DNA from: Caedimonas varicaedens
GTDB taxonomy: Bacteria; Pseudomonadota; Alphaproteobacteria; Caedimonadales; Caedimonadaceae
DNA: 11,177 nt
NCBI GenBank assembly: GCA_001192655.1
Contig: BBVC01000095.1
Location: 1-11,177 of the forward strand
Reading direction: 5' to 3'
The first letter of the stretch is position 1. Every line of letters starts with the position of its first letter. The notes beneath the pieces are model-generated. The model was given only the letters and a program-made list of their open reading frames with translations, was not told where the DNA came from and made no database searches. This document shows, piece after piece, positions 6,839 to 11,177 of this stretch. A program made the translations under genes and the position numbers.

Positions 6839-7357
6839 ATGAATAGATATTCCGTTGAAAATACTGAATTAATATTGCAACTTCCTCTAAAAACACGAGG
6901 ACGTCCGAAAGTAAGAAAAATGAACCATAACCGCTTGAAAAATTCCCGGTTCTTGTATGGGAATTCAAATCTGGCGCATCTATATAGTGAGAAAAAAATT
7001 ACACCAGAGCAATTTAATGCAGGAGAAAGCTTTCTGTGGATCTTACATGAAGTCAAAAAAAACATTCCTATCCCCCGCCTTGCCAAAAGTACGTATCAGG
7101 AGCGAATAGAAGGTATTATATGGGACCTGGGCTTAAAAAACGAAAAAAATCAAAAGGAAATTTTTAGATGGTGGCGTGCTTCTATTCTTGTATTGAAAGA
7201 GGCTGGGGGGACAACAAAAAACCTGTTGGAAAATTTTGTCTGGAATAATGACTCACCTCACACTCTTTCAGAAGTTGAGCTGCAACTCATTAAACGGGGA
7301 TTAGACCGTCTGACGCTTCTTTATAACGAAGCTCCAGCAGATAAAAATTTGCCCTGA
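6839..7357 (+). CDS. Hypothetical protein (RGRPK AT-hook-like motif near the N-terminus)
   Basis: 172-aa ORF starting 16 nt after the previous stop codon, with an AAGAGG RBS 5 nt upstream, so it is probably co-transcribed. RGRPK is encoded at 6896-6910. No family recognised. Confidence 0.6.
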   Translation: MNRYSVENTELILQLPLKTRGRPKVRKMNHNRLKNSRFLYGNSNLAHLYSEKKITPEQFNAGESFLWILHEVKKNIPIPRLAKSTYQERIEGIIWDLGLKNEKNQKEIFRWWRASILVLKEAGGTTKNLLENFVWNNDSPHTLSEVELQLIKRGLDRLTLLYNEAPADKNLP

Positions 7358-7406
7358 AATTTTTACTTTTCTTGACGGTGGCTTCGATTTATTTGCCGTT
7401 ACTCAT

Positions 7407-7440
7407 TTGTGATTTAACGAAATCATTTACAATGCATCAC
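7407..7440 (+). promoter_or_regulatory. Candidate promoter with nested inverted repeats upstream of the T6SS-associated operon
   Basis: TTGTGA (7407-7412) and TACAAT (7428-7433) are separated by a short 15-nt spacer. The spacer holds the inverted repeat TGATTT (7410-7415) / AAATCA (7420-7425), and an outer pair GTGAT (7409-7413) / ATCAC (7436-7440) surrounds it. Confidence 0.25.
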
Positions 7441-7481
7441 GAAACAAGTTAAATTTAAAATTAAAAACAAGGAAAAAGGCA

Positions 7482-8600
7482 GTGACAGGGGAAGAAGCCA
7501 TTTTTGGGATTGTTCGCAGAAGGGAAAATATTAAATCCCTTGCTGCACAAAAGCATTCTGCTCTCCCTTCTTCCATGACACAAGCCGCTTGGTACCAGGG
7601 GGATATTGAAGGCGAGCCTGTCGATGATTTAAAAAAAGATATGGCGAACCTTGATATTAAAAAGCAGCAACACCTTTCTGTCCCCAATAGAAAAGGGGGG
7701 AAAAAGATGAATAGACTATCCTTATTTGGCTTATTTATGGGACTTGTTGTTGCAGGGGCAGTTTTCTTTACAGCCGGATTTTTAATGTGTTATTCTCTCT
7801 ATCCTCCCTATGGGGGTATTATTTTCCACCCCAAATACGCATCTGTATTATCCGGTCAACCCTTGCCCATTGCTAACCCTGAAACAGTTGTGAATAGTAC
7901 ACCTGACGCTTCTTCCATGCCTGATGTACCGCAACACAGCTATTCTGATCGTCAGGCGCTTCTGGCAAGTGCAAACGGAACAGAAAATCCGGGAGTTTTA
8001 GAAAAAGCGCAACAAAGGACCATGGACAATGTAACCTATCAAATGGGCTATATGAAAGATCAGATAAAAGATCGTATGATCCAGGGTGTTCGTTCCGTCA
8101 CAAATAAATTAGGGGATAAAGTCTCTCCTGTTATAGGGAATCTTGCTGCACCTATTACGGAAGATCTGCCCAATCAAATCGTTAACGAAGAAGTTGGTGC
8201 TGCTTTTGACACCATTCCGTTATCAACGAAGAAGACACAGGGGAATTCTGCGCCTTCTCTTTCTTCTCCTGATAGATCTGCTTCTTCCCAATCATTACCT
8301 TCAAAATCAATGATTCCTGCTTCTCTATCCATGCGAAAAAATAATATATATTCCGTTCGTGTGCGAAAATTTGATGAACGCGAGTCCGCTCTCAAGTTGG
8401 CAGAAGAACTCAAGCGCAAGGGGTTTGAAGGATATGTCGTTCCTTTATGGAATGTTGATCATTTAGAATTTGAAGTTCGTTCTGGTGGATATGATAAATT
8501 TTCAGACGCTCAGAATGCATCCAAAATTCTTAGGGAACAAGGGCTGGAACTTACAAGCGTTGTCATGACAGGTCGTGACGAGGAGAAAATAAGCCCATGA
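7482..8600 (+). CDS. Bitopic membrane protein with C-terminal SPOR (peptidoglycan-binding) domain, FtsN/DedD-like architecture
   Basis: One TM helix LSLFGLFMGLVVAGAVFFTAGFLMCYSLY (about 7716-7802), then a long S/P/Q-rich linker. The C-terminal SPOR pattern is YSVRVRKFDERESALKLAEELKRKGFEGYVVPL...FEVRSGGYDKFSDAQNASKIL (about 8349-8573). Two start options: GTG 7482 (GGAAAAAGG upstream) or ATG 7707 (AAAAGGGGGG RBS at 7691-7700), giving 372 or 298 aa. The stop overlaps the next start (ATGA at 8597-8600). Confidence 0.75.
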   Translation: MTGEEAIFGIVRRRENIKSLAAQKHSALPSSMTQAAWYQGDIEGEPVDDLKKDMANLDIKKQQHLSVPNRKGGKKMNRLSLFGLFMGLVVAGAVFFTAGFLMCYSLYPPYGGIIFHPKYASVLSGQPLPIANPETVVNSTPDASSMPDVPQHSYSDRQALLASANGTENPGVLEKAQQRTMDNVTYQMGYMKDQIKDRMIQGVRSVTNKLGDKVSPVIGNLAAPITEDLPNQIVNEEVGAAFDTIPLSTKKTQGNSAPSLSSPDRSASSQSLPSKSMIPASLSMRKNNIYSVRVRKFDERESALKLAEELKRKGFEGYVVPLWNVDHLEFEVRSGGYDKFSDAQNASKILREQGLELTSVVMTGRDEEKISP

Positions 8601-9232
8601 TTTTAAAAGTAAAAGATCTGGGATTTCTTCTTTTTTGTTTTTTGGTATTTGGTCTGACAGGGTGTGGCGTATTTAAGGAAGAAGACACTTCAGGAGACCC
8701 CAAATTTAATCTTCAAACGGTTAATATTATTTTGGATACAGACGCGAATAATTACTCTGCCACAGAAGTTGATTTGGTGATTGCCTATAAGATGGATCTT
8801 TTCAAATCCCTTATGAAAATGAAGGCCGCAGACTATTTTGCCATTGCTGAGCAAATTCGCAGGGATTACCCTGAAATGCTGAAAGTCTGGCACTGGGAAT
8901 TAACGCCCGGGCAAACTATTAATGATTATCAGCTGAGCTCGTGTTTTATGTGTCCAGAAGCTTTTGGGGCTGTCATTTTTGCCCGCTATTTAACACCAGG
9001 ATCCCATCGTGTGCGCGTGGGATCTTCTGACACCATTCACGTTCTTTTAAAAAAGGAAGACCTGTGTATTGTAGAGCAGGGTTGCCCCAATCATTCGCTC
9101 CTTCTGCCCACTGCCAGCGACAATGATGCAAAAAAAGGGAAGAGTTTCAAACCTTCCCAACCTTCTGAACTGGAAGGTGAAATGAAAAAAATAACCGCTG
9201 TCGCGGATAAAATTAAAGGAGTGCTTAAATGA
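8597..9232 (+). CDS. tssJ: Outer-membrane lipoprotein, TssJ-like (T6SS membrane complex)
   Basis: Lipobox L-T-G-C (8654-8665, Cys23) follows a hydrophobic signal. The mature region follows the TssJ/SciN order: NIILDTDANN, VDLVIAYKMDLF...AADYF, ELTPGQ, GAVIFARY...HRVRV. It lies immediately upstream of tssK-tssL, the canonical tssJ position, with ATGA overlaps at both ends. Sequence similarity was judged by eye only. Confidence 0.62.
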   Translation: MILKVKDLGFLLFCFLVFGLTGCGVFKEEDTSGDPKFNLQTVNIILDTDANNYSATEVDLVIAYKMDLFKSLMKMKAADYFAIAEQIRRDYPEMLKVWHWELTPGQTINDYQLSSCFMCPEAFGAVIFARYLTPGSHRVRVGSSDTIHVLLKKEDLCIVEQGCPNHSLLLPTASDNDAKKGKSFKPSQPSELEGEMKKITAVADKIKGVLK

Positions 9233-10557
9233 TATACGGGGGAAATGTAAAGAACGCGATTCAATGGCATGAGGGCATGCTTTTACGTCCTCAACATTTC
9301 CAGCAAGCAGATCGACGCATTGAGCAACTTTTTGCGTACCACCTCAATACGATCATGACTCACCCATGGGGTATTATTCGCTTTATTTATGATACTGCCG
9401 CTATCGTTACGGGGGTTGTGCGGATATTGGATTTAGAGGCAATTCTGCCAGATGGTTTGGTACTTTCTCTTCATCAGACAGAAGGGGAAGATATTTATTT
9501 AAATCTGGAATCTTATCAGAAAGATCTCAAAGACAAAGTTATGACACTTTATTTGACAATTCCAGAATATCAGGCAGGAAGAGCCAATGTGAATAGCGAT
9601 AATCCGCGTTTTCGTTCGACAGAAAATCAGTCTGCCGTAGATGAGAATACAGGTGATGATGCCGTTGCATTTCCAGCGCTTAAGCCTAATTTTACTTTGT
9701 TGCTTTCTGAAACACAGCCTGGTCGTTGTGTTTCTCTGCCTTTAATGAAAATACAGAAAGTCGCGAACACCTATCAGGTTTTAGAGTTTATTCCCCCCCA
9801 ACTGAAGGTTGCCACTGATTCTTCTTTGGGTTTAATGTGTCGTAATTTGATTTATCGTATTCGTGAGAAAATGGCTTTTCTGGCAGATCGCCTCACGTCA
9901 CAAACTTCTGAATTGATGTCTGCTGAGGCAGAAAATGCGGTCAAAGCCCTTTGTTCAGGGCTATTGCCCCTTGAAGCAATGATTTCCGCCGGCGTTTCTC
10001 ATCCTTTTGATGTCTACATCCAGCTCAATAATCTTGCGGCTCATCTTATTTCTATTTCTCCGGGACAAATGGCGCCTTCTTTCACGCCTTATAATCATGA
10101 TGATGTACGATCAAGTTTTATCCAAGTTATCCAGTTTGCTGAAACGATGTTAGAGCGTATACAGGAAGGGTATTATGTGGTGCCCTTCACTCTGAAGGAT
10201 CGAGTTTTCTGCCTGGGTCTAAATGCTCAATGGATGACTTCTCGTCTTATTTTAGGCGCCAAGGCCTCTGCAAAAATGTCAGAAAAAGATGTTGTGGATT
10301 GGATTTCACAGACTGTTATTGCTACAGACAACTACGTGAATTCCTGTCGGGAAAAAAGAATTTTAGGCGCAAGCCGTAAAATTATTTCAGGTGTAGACGA
10401 GCTTAAACTTATGCCAGCACGAGATGTCGTTTTGTTTGCTGTTGAAAATACACCGAATTTTATAAGTTCTGATCAGGTTCTACAAGTCTTTAACGTTGCG
10501 GATTCAGAGGACATGAGGCCCGAAGAGCTTGTATTATACATTCCTAAAAATAGTTAA
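9229..10557 (+). CDS. tssK: Type VI secretion baseplate protein TssK (ImpJ/VasE family)
   Basis: The hallmark N-terminal motif IQWHEGMLLRPQHFQQADRRIEQL (9265-9315 covers W..DR) matches the TssK signature W-x-EGM-x-L-x-PQHFQQ-x-DR. Its 442-aa length is typical. AAGGAG RBS lies 7 nt upstream, and the start overlaps the tssJ-like stop (ATGA at 9229-9232). Confidence 0.9.
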   Translation: MIYGGNVKNAIQWHEGMLLRPQHFQQADRRIEQLFAYHLNTIMTHPWGIIRFIYDTAAIVTGVVRILDLEAILPDGLVLSLHQTEGEDIYLNLESYQKDLKDKVMTLYLTIPEYQAGRANVNSDNPRFRSTENQSAVDENTGDDAVAFPALKPNFTLLLSETQPGRCVSLPLMKIQKVANTYQVLEFIPPQLKVATDSSLGLMCRNLIYRIREKMAFLADRLTSQTSELMSAEAENAVKALCSGLLPLEAMISAGVSHPFDVYIQLNNLAAHLISISPGQMAPSFTPYNHDDVRSSFIQVIQFAETMLERIQEGYYVVPFTLKDRVFCLGLNAQWMTSRLILGAKASAKMSEKDVVDWISQTVIATDNYVNSCREKRILGASRKIISGVDELKLMPARDVVLFAVENTPNFISSDQVLQVFNVADSEDMRPEELVLYIPKNS

Positions 10558-10654
10558 GATGCCATATTATAAATGTGAAGGGGAATATTAAGGTCTTTAA
10601 AATAAAATAAACCCAAAATAAAGTCCAGAGAGTTAAGGGAGCTCGCGCAAATCA

Positions 10655-11177
10655 ATGAAATTTAACGCACTACGCCGACGCTTTGAAGATCAGGGAACCT
10701 CGTTTGTGATACGTGACTTTGAAGATTTTTATCTCCAGCTTTTAAAATATAAATCCATAATTGCCGGCACTCCTGTCACGCAAGATGAATTAGAGGCCAT
10801 AGCGCCTCAGGCTATTTCTGATACGCTTAAAACCACACTTGAACGGATGTCCATGGATGCCAGTCAAAAAGGTGGAGAATATGCCACCAGTTATTTTGAA
10901 GAAGCCATGTTTATTATGAGCGCTCTTGCAGATGAATTTTTTTTAAATCTAGCGTGGGAAGGGCGACAATATTGGGAAGACCACCTTTTGGAATCTCGCC
11001 TTTTCGGAACACATGATGCAGGAGATATCTTTTTTAAAAATCTGGATAATTTTCTGGGCGCCAGGGATCCCATGCGACGTGATCTTGCTGAAGTTTATCT
11101 TCTTGCTTTGGGGCTTGGATTCCAGGGTAAATATCGCAATACAGAAGATGGGGGAAAGCTTAATGTTAGCGCCGGAG
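10655..11177 (+). CDS. tssL: Type VI secretion membrane protein TssL (DotU family), 3'-truncated by the window edge
   Basis: Not in the supplied ORF track. My manual translation from ATG 10655 gives 174 codons with no stop up to the window end: MKFNALRRRFEDQGTSFVIRDFEDFYLQLL...EEAMFIMSALADEFFLNLAWEGRQYWEDHLLESRLFGTHDAGDIFFKNLDNFL...DLAEVYLLALGLGFQGKYR. The ALADE..W....W....L and E-x-Y-x-x-x-L-x-LGF-x-G-x-YR (11090-11137) blocks are DotU/TssL cytoplasmic-domain signatures. An in-frame TAA at 10634-10636 limits any upstream extension. Confidence 0.85.
   Translation, partial: MKFNALRRRFEDQGTSFVIRDFEDFYLQLLKYKSIIAGTPVTQDELEAIAPQAISDTLKTTLERMSMDASQKGGEYATSYFEEAMFIMSALADEFFLNLAWEGRQYWEDHLLESRLFGTHDAGDIFFKNLDNFLGARDPMRRDLAEVYLLALGLGFQGKYRNTEDGGKLNVSAG

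Noticed and set aside
6341-7086. ORFs 6341-6529 (-), 6378-6569 (+) and 6820-7086 (-) overlapping the two small regulator-like genes
   Set aside because: They are shorter than the RBS-preceded ORFs they overlap, lack an SD sequence, and the 6820-7086 ORF spans the junction between two same-strand genes.
7379-7397. Possible sigma54 promoter (TGGC...TTGC) upstream of the T6SS operon
   Set aside because: The GG (7380-7381) and GC (7395-7396) elements are 15 nt apart rather than the 12 nt of the TGGCAC-N5-TTGCW consensus. The flanking bases do not match either.
7427-7687. 86-aa minus-strand ORF upstream of and overlapping the SPOR gene
   Set aside because: It is Cys/Phe/Ser-rich and antisense to the 5' end of the SPOR ORF, with no RBS. 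If the short start (7707) is correct this stretch is non-coding leader, but nothing supports minus-strand coding.
8174-8893. Minus-strand ORFs 8174-8419 and 8690-8893
   Set aside because: They are antisense to the SPOR-protein linker and the TssJ-like gene. Both are embedded in a tightly coupled + strand operon.
10891-11073. 60-aa minus-strand ORF at the right end, the only track entry in this region
   Set aside because: It lies antisense to an open + frame with DotU/TssL signatures, so the + strand gene explains the region.
1-11177. Scan for tRNA, rRNA, CRISPR arrays, IS elements, integrase or att sites
   Set aside because: I saw no cloverleaf-like GC-rich segments, regularly spaced repeats, terminal inverted repeats flanking a transposase-like ORF, or recombinase motifs. 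The only long perfect inverted repeat is the terminator at 5037-5070.

Overview
This is a low-GC (about 35-43% by eye) bacterial chromosomal window with nine credible protein genes plus a fragment at each edge; all homology calls rest on motifs read from the translations, with no searches run. From left to right: (1) a 5'-truncated hypothetical ORF. (2) A minus-strand, signal-peptide-bearing class-3 lipase (GHSQG nucleophile elbow) next to a very AT-rich 276-bp spacer. (3) A housekeeping pair: an S11 DD-carboxypeptidase (SxxK/SxN/KTG) fused to a C-terminal SPOR domain, and class II lysyl-tRNA synthetase (lysS). A perfect 14-bp hairpin terminator then sits between lysS and the convergent next gene. 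(4) A phage-switch-like regulatory module. It has a minus-strand XRE-HTH/LexA-S24-like repressor whose Ser/Lys catalytic dyad appears lost. This gene is divergent, across a 243-bp AT-rich region with palindromes and repeats, from two small unrecognised genes, one with a Myb/GcrA-like N-terminal HTH and one with an RGRPK AT-hook-like motif. (5) The start of a type VI secretion (T6SS) membrane-complex/baseplate operon: an FtsN-like bitopic SPOR-domain protein, a TssJ-like lipoprotein, TssK, and a TssL/DotU gene that runs off the right edge and is missing from the ORF track. The first three are joined by ATGA start/stop overlaps. The most interesting point is that a SPOR peptidoglycan-binding protein sits in the slot usually held by TagH or PG-anchoring accessories, directly downstream of the cI-like switch. 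I saw no rRNA, tRNA, CRISPR array, transposase or integrase.
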